From Amoebophrya sp. A120 (lineage: Eukaryota; Protista; Dinoflagellata): DNA of 64,000 bases. The translations under genes were made by a program, and so were the position numbers. The stretch lies in assembly GCA_905178155.1 (NCBI GenBank), contig CAJINV010000011.1:3499077-3563076 (forward strand). The letters are read 5' to 3'. Below the pieces are notes generated by a model. It was not told the DNA's origin, did no database searches, and worked only from the letters and a program-made list of their open reading frames with translations. This document shows positions 21,419 through 34,162 of the stretch, piece after piece. Each line of letters begins with the position of its first letter. The stretch's first letter is position 1.

Positions 21419-24400
21419 ATGGTCGCGTTGCAGGGACGAGTAAACAATACTACCCGCTCTCGGGATGCGCATGCTGGTACGTGGGGAAGATGGCGACAGC
21501 GACTGCTTCGGGTTTTCATCGCCCCAGCAGCTGCCGCCGAGCTGGTTAGTAACGCAACCCACACTGATCCCTCCGAAAATAGTGGAGATCGAAAAACCAC
21601 GGCCAGCTTCAGCAAAATCTATGTGGATGGGAAGCGTAGTGCTGCTGCTGTGCAACAAACTCACTCCGCTGAAAATGGTCTTCCTGGTCGTGGCACGACA
21701 CCGACAAGCGCTGAGGCGCGGACTGCCAGAAAAACGCAAACGACGAATCTGGACCGCTTCCAAAGCGTCTTTCTGGAAAAGAAGCAGAGATGAGAACGCC
21801 AAGAAAAGCAGGAGAAAACAAGTAAGGTCCAGCTCTACCCGGATCTACCTTACTACCTGCACTGGCCAGGGTTTGCCTTTGAGGATTTCAAAATTCCGGA
21901 CGTTTTCCAAGACGACGGCAATCTTGGACCCGTGCCCGACCCACTCGAAGACATGTTCAACCACGAGTTTGTAGACGCGGACACGGAAAACGAGCCAAAT
22001 TTCGGCAAGGAACTCAGCAACCAGGCGGGTGGGGCCGGCTACCAGCGCCACACGCTGTTTGATCACGCAGCGAAACAGGTCGGTGCCGCCGCAAAGGGGC
22101 TATCAAATGCTATATATGTCTGGGTCTGCAGGAGGAGTTGGAGACTTGTGATGCAGGTTTTCCATGTTGACCAAGTGCAAGCCCTGGAGTTTTGACGCAG
22201 GACCGAGCATGACAAATGAGAGATCTCTAACCCTATCATGCCTCTTTTGCATCAGAAACTCCCTGCTGCTCTCAGCCTGGTCAGTAAAAGTGGACAGTTT
22301 ATTTCGGTAAAAACACCTCCATGGTGCGACACAGATGTTTGCATCGGATCCAGACTTGGCGCGACTAAGTACTTGCACCAGTGGCCCAGACCCAGACATA
22401 TTTCCGACGCATACGGGCGCATCTCCGACGAACTTTTCAACCCTGAAACGGAACTGAGCGCCCAGTACCAAGCGGTGCTGCGGGACGCGATGGAGCGCAC
22501 CTGGCATCGCGACTTTGGGGATCAGGAGGCATTTACCGGAAACAGCATCCCCGACCAGTTTTGGCAAACGACCGACGCGGAGGAGCTGAAGCAGAATATT
22601 CAAGCTGCAAAAACGGACTTTTTCGAGGCGAACCGGGAGGAGCTGGAAAAAATAGAGGGGGTTGAGAACGCAAACGACTTCTGGCAGAATCACGGCAATG
22701 AAAATTTGGCAAACGCAGCTGTAGATGAAGGGCATGCAGGACAACATGTGGACCCAAGCAGTTTGAACTTCGATGAAGCGAGTTGGGGTGCTGGGTACCA
22801 CGACAACGAGGATGACGATACGGGCGGCATTTCCAAGACGGATTCCTGGATGGAAACGGTTGCGGACCCCTGGCGCGAGTACTTCCGTACCGAAACCACG
22901 ACGGGGCGGGCCAGTACGGGAAAGACCGTTGGGGGTCAGGCCTTAGAAGGCGTGATGGGCATGTCGGACACGGAAGAGCATGCGCTGATCGACGTGATCG
23001 AAAAACACAATGCGCTCAAGCCCGGCACGCTCGGCCAGCATCTGGACGGGGCGGAGGCTGCGAAGTACCTGGCGGATTCCCGCCATGCCGCGGCGGACGT
23101 GCATCCTCTCGACCCCAAAGACCCAACGGTCCTGCACGAACTGCACAGCCAGTGGCTGGCGCGGGTGCTGGCGCCCGGAGACGACCGCGAGGAAGCGTGG
23201 CTGCAGCCGGGCAGCGGTGCCAACATTGACCCCAAGTGGAAGGCGTATTTTGCGCAGGACGGCGACAAGTTTCCCGGCATGAACAATTTGCAGGAGAAGA
23301 ACCTCATCCACTTGATCGAGGAGAGATACCACCTCGAAGGCGCGGACAAGCTGGGCGACACGCTGGACCAGGAGGAGGCGGAGAGGTACCTCGGGCCGGG
23401 CGGTCAGTTGGACCCGGACGACGCGGAAACGCGGGCGGCCGTGGAGAAGCAGCGCATCGCCTGGGACGACATCAAGCACCTCGCCGGGGAGGACGGAAGA
23501 TTTTGCAGCTACGATTGGGGTGGCGGTGCTGGGGCGTTTCCGAACCCGCCGCCGATCGAACACGGTGTCCACGATCGCTGGCTGGGAGACGACAATTGTT
23601 GGCGCCAGGCGAGTTGGGAAGACACATTTGGCGGAGAGGGGCTGGACGTGAAGACACAACTGCAGGGCGACGACCAGGACCACGATTTGCGGTTTCCCGA
23701 GCACGAAGTTGATGAAGTCGTGACCACAACGCCTCATCCGGTCGTGGTGGAGCATCCGGCAACGCCAGCCCCCCATCCTCCACAGCCAGTTCCTAGCCCC
23801 GCTCAGGATGCGGTAACGCCAGCCCCCCATCCTCCACAGCCCGCTCAGGATCCGGTAACGCCAGACCCCCATCCTCCGCAGCCAGTGGAGCCACCGGATT
23901 TCGACCACCGGCATCCCATAATGTATGAGCAACCAGCCACCCTTGAGCAATTGGGAATCACGCCGAGGAGCACTGCAAGCGGCCTCCTGACTACAGGTCT
24001 TCTTGCCGGAGCCGCATTTTACCTCGGGGGCGGGGGTGCAGCTGCAAAGCGGGACGACAAGAAGAAAAAAACCTCGCCGGCCGCACGCGCGGACGACGAC
24101 CCGGAGCCGGCTGCACTGGTCGCAAAGGACAAAACCTGGTACAACAAGGACGACAATCCGGAAAATAAGTCGCAGCTCCCAGCACAAGGACCAGCCGTGT
24201 CGCCGCAACCTGAACTTCCGGCCCTTTTTCCCACTAGCGGCATCGCTGCTCCGCGGCCTGCGACGCAGCCGCAGGCAGCATCCGCGGTGACCACCAACGT
24301 GAACGTGCAGATCAACGGGCAGCGGAGTAGAGAGAACTCTTTCTCATCTTCCTTTCTTGAAGTAGACCTCCCACACGAAGCAGGTCGGGCGGTCGCGTGG

Positions 24401-24655
24401 TTCGGTGAAGGCGGTGACGGGATAACCAGTGCTGTTCATTTGCCGGCGGGGGCAGCGACTTCCTCGTCCGGAGAAAAACCCGACACAGAGATACAAAATT
24501 ATGGGGCCCGGAGACATACGGACGCGGAGCCGCAAGCCGCACGGGGAAACTTGCGCGGTGGCAACGCAAAAGTGAGAAATGCAAATAGCCACGATTTTGA
24601 CCACCACACTTCCGCGAGCTTGGACTGGGCACAACAACTGTGGAGACGTCGATAG
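21419..24655 (+). CDS. Hypothetical acidic, probably secreted or membrane-anchored protein with Pro-rich repeats; one in-frame TGA
   Basis: ORFs 21419, 21932 and 22238 share one frame; TGA at 21791-21793; element 22101-22413; hydrophobic segment GLLTTGLLAGAAFYLGG; SVFLE and SSFLEV motifs. 5' structure uncertain. Confidence 0.6.
22101..22413. mobile_element. Introner/MITE family A, degenerate
   Basis: TATCAAATGCTATATATGTCTGGGTCTG ... CAGACCCAGACATATTTCCGACGCATA; TSD GGGGC/CGGGC; removing 318 nt gives AAKG/RISDELF. Confidence 0.83.
23758..23886 (+). repeat. Coding tandem repeat (TPAPHPPQP x3)
   Basis: Three copies of AACGCCAG(C/A)CCCCCATCCTCC(A/G)CAGCC. Confidence 0.85.
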
Positions 24656-25285
24656 GGCTGCGACATTTCGTACTACCCTTCTGGCTAATGTTAGGCACTG
24701 TGACGAAGAGAGGATTTCAAATTGATATAGGGTTTCTCGTCTCTGGATCTGGCAATGGCGACTGGTGGAGCTGCGCAGCGTGTTCCGCATAAAGTAGCTT
24801 TCATCCTGTTCTCTGAACTCGTCTTCGTCTTCCTTTGATACCTGGATGAGTGCAGAAGGGTGAGTATGAACCACGCGAATGCACGCATGACTTCGAAGAG
24901 AGTGCGAGAGACGCCTTGCGTGACGAGGAAGCGTTGCAGTTTCGCGGTGTGTTGACTCATCTTTATCAGAACGAAAACGCGACTGAAACTGAAAGAGTGA
25001 TTTCGATTTCGACGCCAAGAGCTACGAACGTGCAAAAACTATATGCAACAAGCATTCATCTTAATACCATATATGCAACTACCCAGTTATAATCGGCGCC
25101 AGCGCGGGCAACGAATAAGTAAAACTGCAGTCATCTTTCTCTGTTTAATGTTGGCACCAATCAATCATTGATGCCCAGGCCCACCAAAGCTCTTATTTCA
25201 GTGGAGAGAATTTTTGCTCCCGTGTAGGAAGCACCACTACAATCGTCGTCGAAGGAAGAAAGACCTCCCATCGACGACCAACACC

Positions 25286-26034
25286 ATGGCCACCAACCCA
25301 GAATCCGAGGGCCTTCTGGACGCCACGCTCCCTGTGAGCTGCGGCGTGCTGCTGATCGGACTGGTTTTCCAGCTCAAGTGTCGCGAGGTGCCCCTGGAAA
25401 ACGCGAAACTGCCGGCGATTAGCGCCGCCTTGAAGCCGGGCACGGAGGAGTTCGGGGTGGCTTTCGGGCTGGTGGCCCACTCCCTCTTCATCGTCGGGCT
25501 TATCGCCTTTGCCGCCGGGCTGCTGGTCCTCGGACTGGCGCTCAAGTTGGCGCCGCAGCTGGCGGTAAGTTGACCACCTTTTGTTTCCGATGAAAAGCGA
25601 TTCAACTCCCAGTCTGTGTCTGTGATAGGTGCGCCCTTCGTAAAACTAGTAGAATCTTTTGCATAATATCATCCACTTCCATGTTCTTGATTGTCCCACC
25701 TTATCAGGTCTTCCCGATGTTTGGCCTGATTGTCTCCCTCCTCTGGTTCATGCGGATCGCGGAGAAATCGCCCATCGGACTTCCGGGGTTGAAGGGGCCG
25801 CCGCTGCCGGCTCTGGTGATTAACACGACCATTCTGCTGGTCATCCTCATCAACATGATCGTGAACTGGGATTACCTGGAGTTCGTCACCGAAAGTGCGG
25901 ACGGTTTCGAAAATTTCTCGGCCCTCGCCCGCCTCATCCTCGTCTCCTGTCTGACCCTGGTTCCCCACCTGATCGCCTTCAAGCACCGGCAAATCGACTG
26001 GAAAGTGCAGCCCGCGGGCGTGACGCCGCAGTAG
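25286..26034 (+). CDS. Small multi-pass membrane protein, unknown function
   Basis: Exons 25286-25564 and 25708-26034 with a GTAAGT..CAG intron; about five hydrophobic segments. Confidence 0.75.
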
Positions 26035-27470
26035 ATCAGATGCTACTAAAACAAGTCGCACTACTAGTATCTCGTGTGGAAAATTCAAATTACTGCTTGA
26101 CACCAAGAAGAAGAAATTCGAAGAAGAATTTGAAAGCATTCATCTTGCAAATCAATACACCAGAAGTTTGAAGTATACCTTCTACCACGTTCTTGTAAAT
26201 AGACTTATTTTCCCTGTAGGATTCAAGAGGTCTGCGCTCGTCTCCTGTCTTCATCCTGATTCCACCACTTGTACCCTCACCAACAGGCAGCTGCAAGGAT
26301 TGTTGGAATAGTCTTTCCTTTTCGCCGGCATAATTGTAGTTCCGGTTTGGTGGTTCCAAGGACTAGGTGCAGGCGGCGGAGGAAGACGAGTAAACTGCAA
26401 CAAGGCGAGCCTCCGAGCAGCAGTAGTACTACTGTGTCCTTCGCGCCCCCCCGCTGGTGGTTCGCGACTACCTTCGGAATGATCATGGGCAGTGTTGTAA
26501 AAAAGTTGAAATTTTAATGCCTTTCGTCGCCTTTCACGGAGCAGTTAAGAGGTAAAAAGCAGCAGCTGCCTCATGAAACAGATGAACCACGAACCAGTCT
26601 CATTACCGAGTCAAGCGTTTCTACTGGAGTAAAAAATTTGAAAAAACGACTCCTACTATTGCAGCAATCAACCCTATCTTGGACCACGAAGACTGACGCG
26701 TGTCACCAAATAAAGGTTTCTTCTCAAATGAATTTGTGTACAACCTGATGAACACATCGTCAGCAAAGACTTCCGGCAAGAAAGATGGTCGTGCAAGAGG
26801 CCCTGTCGCTAGTCTAACGTTTTCTTCTATGTGCTAGCGAGCACCAAATGCAGCTTTTGATCATTGTGTTTTATTTGCTCCAGCACATCAAGGGTCCGCA
26901 TTACGTCGTCGGCTTCGCTTGTTCTCTATTACAAGAGAGGATGCTGCGACTGCGAGGGATCATGTGGTTGAATTTTTAGAGGAAGAGTGGAGTTTCCTTC
27001 CCATGTCGTTCGATATCGTCCTTGTCTTCGATGATTCCGGTGATGAAAGTTCGCATCTTCGAATTCGTGTTTCTTCGTCGTGCCTCGTATTTCATCATCG
27101 CACCATGAGCGATACAACACAACTTCTCCGATTGGTCGTTGTGTTGTGTGTGCGGCGGTGTTATGTCGTCTTCCGCATCTTTCTATTTTCATTCACATTT
27201 TTGCCCGCAATCGTGGTGACATGATCGATTGTAAGCAATACATGATGTAGCAGTAGCTGAAAGAAGGTCAAGAAGGACCAGAGAAAGCCTGGAATTTAAT
27301 AAGTGAAAAAGCGAACTATCTTCAAAGAATCAGAATGGGACCGGCCTCGCGGTTCATGGAACAACAGGATTTGGTTCCGTGAACAATAAGGTTCGGTCGG
27401 AATCGAATCAACGAACAAAGGTGGTTTCTCCTCTCACAGTAGAGGCCGACGACCCGCCAGTTGTACTAAA

Positions 27471-30400
27471 ATGGCGTCCTCCTCCTCAACCGGCCCGATG
27501 GGTGCGCCCGGGGGCCGAATGCTGAATTTTCCATCCATGGAAAAAGTAAAACGATACCCGCCATCTCTCGTCGAGACGTGTCTCCGAAAGATCAGCACGG
27601 GGTTTTTACGGTTTGACCCAGCGGTATGAGTTTGTTGTTTTCGGTAGTAGCTCTAAAGTTTGACAGATGAAACTGCGCATGTTTTTTCACACTTGAGTTT
27701 GTGAATGCTATCTTTCCTCGATAAATGCAGCGCATCTTTGCGCCAAAACATTCTGTTCCCCTTTGATGCACCAACAGGTATTGCAGCGGGAACTAACCAG
27801 GGCAAAGCAGCTCGAGGAAGTGTACGCAATACTCGACACGGACATACTATGACAGTGCACAACTCCCCCTCCCCTTCATTTGTCATGCAAAATACCCAAT
27901 CCACCATTTGCTTATTGGCTCTGTTTGCATGACAAGTTCTGCTAGCCCAAATAGCACTACAATCCAGTTCAAGTTTGTCATGCAGAGCCAGCATTCTTGC
28001 TGTTGCTTGTATAATTGCCGTTCATGCTATACAAATGAGGGGGAGGGGGAGTTGTGCACTGTCATACATACCCTTAGGAATAGCCGCCACATGGATAGAC
28101 GACGAATACTACTGGAAGAGAAGAACACTCTATCACATGAGAACAATGTTACAGTTACACATTTGTTGGTGTTGGAGTTTCTGCATCACAAATTTTCTCT
28201 TTGTGGCAGACAAAACTTGTAATGCAAAGATCATAAGGGAAAATACGTAGAAAACGAGGCTCGCAAGCATTTCCTGCATGACAGAGGTTGTCTGTTTTGC
28301 GGCTCCTGCAACACAATGTGTAACTGTAACACTTTTTTCTTGCGATACACTCCAGCGAGACAAGGGCGAGTACACCGGGCTCGTGGATCAGCATGGTACA
28401 CCGCAGTCACACTCTATCATGCCTTTCGTGTTCTTGCAATTTTTCTATAGAAAATGAACGAGAAGATGCGATTCCATCATGCAGCCTTGGGAAAATTGTT
28501 GCGACTATGAGGCATTTTTAGGCACTAGCACGACCAGCTTCTTTAAAATTGCAAATTGCAGGTATGTCGTGGAAGCAGTTTTTCTGCGAAACCGAACTCG
28601 GGTTCATAATAGAGAAATTCCCGCTCGATTTCGAGGCCGCAGAACTCGACGAGTTGAAGAGCATCGTGCAGGCGGTGAAGCAGTACATTTTTTGCTTGAA
28701 GATCCGCGAATACCCGAGCCACTTTGACTTGGCGCTCATTTTGGACCCGTTGCCCAATCTCTGCAGTCTCCAGATCACGTACGGGAGAAAACGCCTCGGC
28801 ATGGAGTACGAACGGGGGCTGTTTGGGATGAAAATCGTCGACGCACAGTATCTGGTCAGGTATTGAACAGTTCGGCCAGTTTTTTTTGTTTCGACTTTTT
28901 CACAATGCCACTTCCCTTCGACGTGACCGAGCACTTTTGTGCCCATGAATGTGCAGGAGGTGACGTGAGTGTGCAATGAATTGACACCATAAAAACTGCA
29001 TTATCATCAATAAACCAAACTACCGCGCTGCCCCCCTCGCCTTCTTCAGGTACGTGCGTTGCTGCCAGACTTTGGTGAAGCTTTCCCTGCCCTGCAACAT
29101 GATCGACGACGAGCTGGCGAAGATCTTGATGCAGGGTCTCGAGACCTGTTTAATGTTGACCGACTTAGACCTGTCGGGGAACAACCTCGGGGACCGGGGG
29201 GCCAGGAGGCTTGCGAAGTTGCTGCACCGACAGTACGTCCTGCAGACGTTAGACTTGTCTGACAACGCCATCCACGCGAATGGGTGCATGCACCTAGGAG
29301 CGCACCTGGCCGAAAATAGCACGCTGGAGACGTTGAACTTGCGACTGAACAGATGCGAGGATAATGGTATGGTTCTCTGCGTGACAGTTTTGAAATTTGT
29401 TGAACATCATGTTGATCCCGATCTTCTTTGCTCCGCAATGCTTCATACACTAAACAACTCAGGTGTCTGCCACTTGCTGCAGGATCTGTGCATCAACAAG
29501 ACACTGCGCAACCTTAACCTAAGCAGTAACGACTTAACGTGGAGGTGTTTGGCGTATTTGAGCAGCATATCAAATGCAAATATATGTGAGTCTGGAAACC
29601 GGTGCTACAATGTGAGTCTGGAAACAGTTCCGAATGCAACCTAGCATGACAACTTTCCAGAACGCTTTCTCATGATAGGCAATCCGCATGAGAAACTGCA
29701 TGCTTCTGTGTACAAAAGATGCTGCGAGGACTTTTGTTGGTTATGCCATACAGATTTCCTAGGTATGGAAAGCTAGCATTACAAGTTCCAGCATTCCAGA
29801 CCCAGACATATTTGCAATGCATACAGCATGATATCAGAAAACGGGACCCTGGAGTACCTCGACCTTTCCGCAAACACACTCTGGAACACAGAGGAGGGCG
29901 AGGAAACGAAAGAACTGGTATGCAGACAACGCTGATTTTACAGCAGTGAAACCTACCACTTTTGCCAATAACTCATGCAGCTGGAACTCATGTATCGAAA
30001 CGAATCTTCTATCCACTGTGACGTTATCAATCGAATTTCTGTCATAACTGCACCCTCTCACCACTTCAGACCGACGTCAGCAACCTCGACCCGGAAAGCC
30101 CGTTCGGAATTTTAGTCCAATGCGTGTCCAAAAACAGCACGCTGTTGAGCTTGGACGTAAGACACTGCAGTTTGCCGGAGGATCTGGAAAGGAGGCTCCA
30201 CACCATCACGAAACACCGAGAGCTGAGATCAAGAGGTAATATTGTTGTAGGAGCAACTTCAATTTAGTTGTAGTTTGGTTCTCTTTGTACTAAGTATAAA
30301 TTGCATGACAAATAAATTTTTTTCTTCTAGAAGAGACTGAGAAACGGAAGTTGTAATGCAGATTCAAGTAGGGAGCCGCAGCCGGATTTGTCATGCATGA

Positions 30401-30577
30401 TCGCGATCAGGTATAAGCGTGGACGCGTACGAGAGGGCGGGGCTGTTGTTGCAACAGCCCGTGGAGGAAGAAAAACCGGCTGCGGCACCGGCCGACGGCG
30501 ACGACGCCGAGAAAAAGGGCACCGATGAGAGCGAGGAGAACTCAGCGGAGGAGGCAAATAAGTCGGCGGAAGACTAA
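27471..30577 (+). CDS. DRC5: Leucine-rich-repeat flagellar protein, dynein regulatory complex subunit 5 (TCTE1-like)
   Basis: Spliced model gives DIPLGIAATWIDDEYYWKRR, QHGMSWKQFFCE, YGRKRLGMEYERGLFGM and RNI-type LRRs. GT-AG introns 27624-27777, 28396-28561, 28860-29049, 29367-29462, 29918-30069, 30236-30410, plus three element-type introns. Confidence 0.8.
27848..28066. mobile_element. Introner/MITE family C (inverted relative to the 8335 copy)
   Basis: TIR TATGACAGTGCACAACTCCCCCTCCCCTTCATTTGT ... ACAAATGAGGGGGAGGGGGAGTTGTGCACTGTCATA; TSD CATAC; removal gives LDTDI/PLGIAA. Confidence 0.94.
28131..28347. mobile_element. Introner/MITE family E
   Basis: TIR TATCACATGAGAACAATGTTACAGTTACACATT ... 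AATGTGTAACTGTAACACTTTTTTCTTGCGATA; TSD CACTC; removal gives WKRRTL/QRDKG. Confidence 0.9.
29568..29823. mobile_element. Introner/MITE family A
   Basis: TATCAAATGCAAATATATGTGAGTCTGGAA ... TTCCAGACCCAGACATATTTGCAATGCATA; TSD CAGCA; removal restores the LRR YLSS/MISENGTLEYLDLSAN. Confidence 0.9.
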
Positions 30578-31734
30578 AACGAAAGCCGCGCGCTCGGAAA
30601 CATGATGAACTCAATGTTTGAGTCTCATCAGCACGCAGGGAAATCGGATCGCTGAGCAATTACTTATCGCAAGACGAAAGTGTTGAGTAAGTTGTACTAC
30701 AAACTGACCAAATTAATCGAACAGATACAATCAACTGACCAAAGTTTTGAAATTCAACAACTTATCGCAAAGAACAGATTTAGATGATGAATTAGAGCGC
30801 TCTATTTTTGCGATTGCGCTTGAAGAAAGAATAGTCGAACTGCGTTTCGCTTGAGAATACAGGTTTCGCTGGAACAATACCGGAAGATGAAGGGCCCCTT
30901 CAACAGGCTCTTGTAGATTTCCGGTCGATGAATTGTAAAATTGAATAAAATGCCTTTGTATCAAGATCAACCACTGGAAAGAAAAGGTAGCAAGTTGCTT
31001 CGCGAGGACTCTCTTGCGCCTATGCGGCATCAAGCAATCACCTCTGGTGGGCTCTTTTTTTTCCCTGCGTTGTGGTTTGAAAGAATTTTTTTTGTCCGGA
31101 ATCCGCATCTAATCTTAATATGCTTATCTCATGCTCACCGTGACGAGAACATAAAGCCAAAGCGACACTGAATCGACATCGAAGATCCAAAAACCGAGAA
31201 CGAGATCGTGATCTTCGTCAGGAGGTTCTTTCGTGGGGAAGCAACTAAGAAAAGCAACATGCACAAAGCGATCGTTTTGGATCTTGTTGTTGTTCAAGAA
31301 AATTTGCTCTGGAAATCGAATATTCACCGCGGCAAGGTCTGCTCTGCATGGGGTCAAGAACCAAAGGGAATTCCATTTCAAATTTCTTTTTCCAGGTCCT
31401 GCCAGCGGGACAAGTTCCCATACGTATTTAGTCATTCGGATTTATTGTGAAGAAGATCTACATTGATTTGTGCATCTGTTCTTCCCGAACTTCAACCTAT
31501 AGAGAATAGGTCTACTTGAAAACTGTGTGTTTTTTCCTCGCGAACGCGACAATTAGCACCGAGACGCACCATGCACTAGTACGCGGCCCCCGCATGATAA
31601 AAAGTTGAGATAAATCGTAGCAGAAGCTATCGAAGCGACAAAATATTAATTTAAAGATAAACACGTGACAAGCTTGTGTTTCTCTTTCTCTTTGACTTTT
31701 TTCTTTGCAATCAAGGAACAAAACACAATAAAGA

Positions 31735-33726
31735 ATGGCAACAACATCCGCACCAGTCGCAGTCGCCGACCAGGACATGCGCGACGCGGACGATGAGCGC
31801 GACGGCAGCACGACCACCTCCCAATGCAAGAAGCCCTCTGCACCTCCGCCGACTTTCTCCCGGCGATTCCACCTGAAGCGGAAGCAGATGTTTTACCCCA
31901 TGTACGCCGTGAAGAACGGGACCGAGCCGATCGTGCAAGCGGACGAGAAGCGACCCCACTTTCTGCCCGCACGCACCACGGAAAAATTTCTGGAAGCCAA
32001 CGCGCGGTTCTGCCGGCAATACGGGCAAAAGAACAAGAGGAGAAGAACCACCGTCCGGGAGCAGCACGACGAATATTCTGAAGCGTCGTTGACGGTAACG
32101 TCGTGTTCCTCCGGGGCCTCCGACTCCAGTGCCTCCGACTGGGAGAACGAAAAATTCGACAAAACGGTGATCAGCAAGGCGAAATTAATTCACCAGAAGG
32201 ACCGACCCTGGCGGTGCTACTGGGACTTGTCCCAGTGGGAAGACAATGAGGCGAGCTTTACCAACTTGTTTCTCGGAGGTGCTGGTAGCAACAAAAATGT
32301 GCCCGTCGGGAGGCAGAGCGCATTCAGTAAACAAATGAGCAATGGAATTGCTAACGGAAATAACGGTGCGGCTATGCACCAAAGTAGTGGATCACCAGCC
32401 GCGTCTTCTGCGACTGTCAACGGCCATCTTCAAGTTGGAGAAAAGGCAGACGTCGACATGGCTCTCAGCTCATCCTCCACGTCTGCATCTTCTTCTTCGG
32501 CCGATAATGCAACAAGAGCGACCAAAGTCTCCGCTTCCGTCCAGTCTGTGAACAACAAAGACAACAAGAAAACGTTCTTCGATCTGATGGACGGGCACAA
32601 GCGGCACCGGAAGTTTGTCGTGTGCCGCAACTTCATGACGGGAGAGGAAATCAAAAGGATAGACAAGGCGTTCGAAAACTGGAGCACGGCGGAGATTAAG
32701 GACCGAAAGCAGAACTTGAAGTACAAGCACGTGGCGTATCGGTGCGAGCTGGAGCTGAAATACCTAGAACCGGAGCTCTACGGAAGAATCCTCGAATGCG
32801 TCCACTTAGTGGATGACACCTTGTGGCAGAAAATGCCGCGGTGCACGTACCCAGAACTGGAATACATCGTCTACGACACCAGAAGGCCGGTGCGGAAAAA
32901 AGCAGTTTTGGAGGAAGAACAACGGGCGAAGGCGCAGCTGACCACGTTCAATGTAGAAGATGAGGAGGACTCGTCGGACGAAGACACAGCGAATAAGAAC
33001 GGCAAGAGAAAAAGCACAGCGAATAATACGACAAATAAGCCGGCGGGTGCAGCCGCTAGTACAACAACGACCTACAAGTACCAGCCTTGCCACACCGAGG
33101 AAGCGTCCGCGATCGCGAACAAGTGGAAGTACCACAGCAGCTGCGTGCAGAAAGCGGGCGAGAGCGGGGCGAACAGCTACGTGGCGCGCGGAGAACGCAG
33201 GCCGAAGGATGGAAGTTGTGGGGCAAAGCGTCCGGAGCTTCCGGACGACCCGGAGGGGGAAGAGGACGGTATACATAGTTATGTTAATCTTCGAGGGTAT
33301 TATACTCTTGGAATTTACACAAGAAAAACTGACGAACAGAATAAAATGAAGCTGCATGATTTTGATTGATTCCTCCCATGTTTTGACACGACGCGACGAG
33401 CGAGTCGGGTTACTTTGTTGAAAATACACAAAAACTCTGAATTTCCGCATAATTGCAAAACAAAAGCTACCAACACTGGCTACATCGAGGAGCACGTGGA
33501 TAACGACTCTGTGATCACTTTCATCCTCATGCTCACCCAGCCCGGCGTAGACTACGTGGGCGGCCGCAACAACTTTGCCCGCGGGGAAAAGCACGCGGTG
33601 CGCAGGCAAGTCCAGCTGCAGAAGGGCGATTTGGTGCTTTTTCGCGGGGAGAGACTCCGACACAGCATCACGCCGGTTACGCACGGCTGCAGGATCATCC
33701 TGCAGGGCGAGTTCAGTAAGACTTGA
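31735..33726 (+). CDS. 2-oxoglutarate/Fe(II)-dependent dioxygenase domain protein
   Basis: Exons 31735-33268 and 33467-33726 (GT-AG intron); HVD (HxD), YVGG, GDLVLFRGERLRHSITPVTHGCR (distal H and R). Confidence 0.82.
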
Positions 33727-34162
33727 GGATGAAGGGGTGGTGCTTCGTGGTTTGGCCGAGTTGCAAGAAAGAACTACATGCCACGAAAAAAACAATGAAT
33801 CGATACTAGATTCAATACTGGTGCATCGACGACTGACCATGCTATTACGCAGAAATAAAGCTTGCGACTTACAACAATTTTTCTCGTTCCAGGTAGCGAG
33901 TAATTCTGAAACAAGCAGAATTCAACATTGTTTGTTCAACTGAGGGTCAACATTGTTTGTTCGACGCCCTCATGACTCTTACGTGTGAGTCAGCTTTTTT
34001 TTTACACACGTACCTCTACTGCAGCATCACTTGTTACATCGTCATTTCATCGTTCCTTTGTCGTTGTCGTTTTTCGGTGTCTTCGTTTTTTCTCTTCGTT
34101 ATGATCGCTTATATTAGACGAGGACCTAAATCTTTTTTTTTTCATCTGCACAAGCAGAGCGA

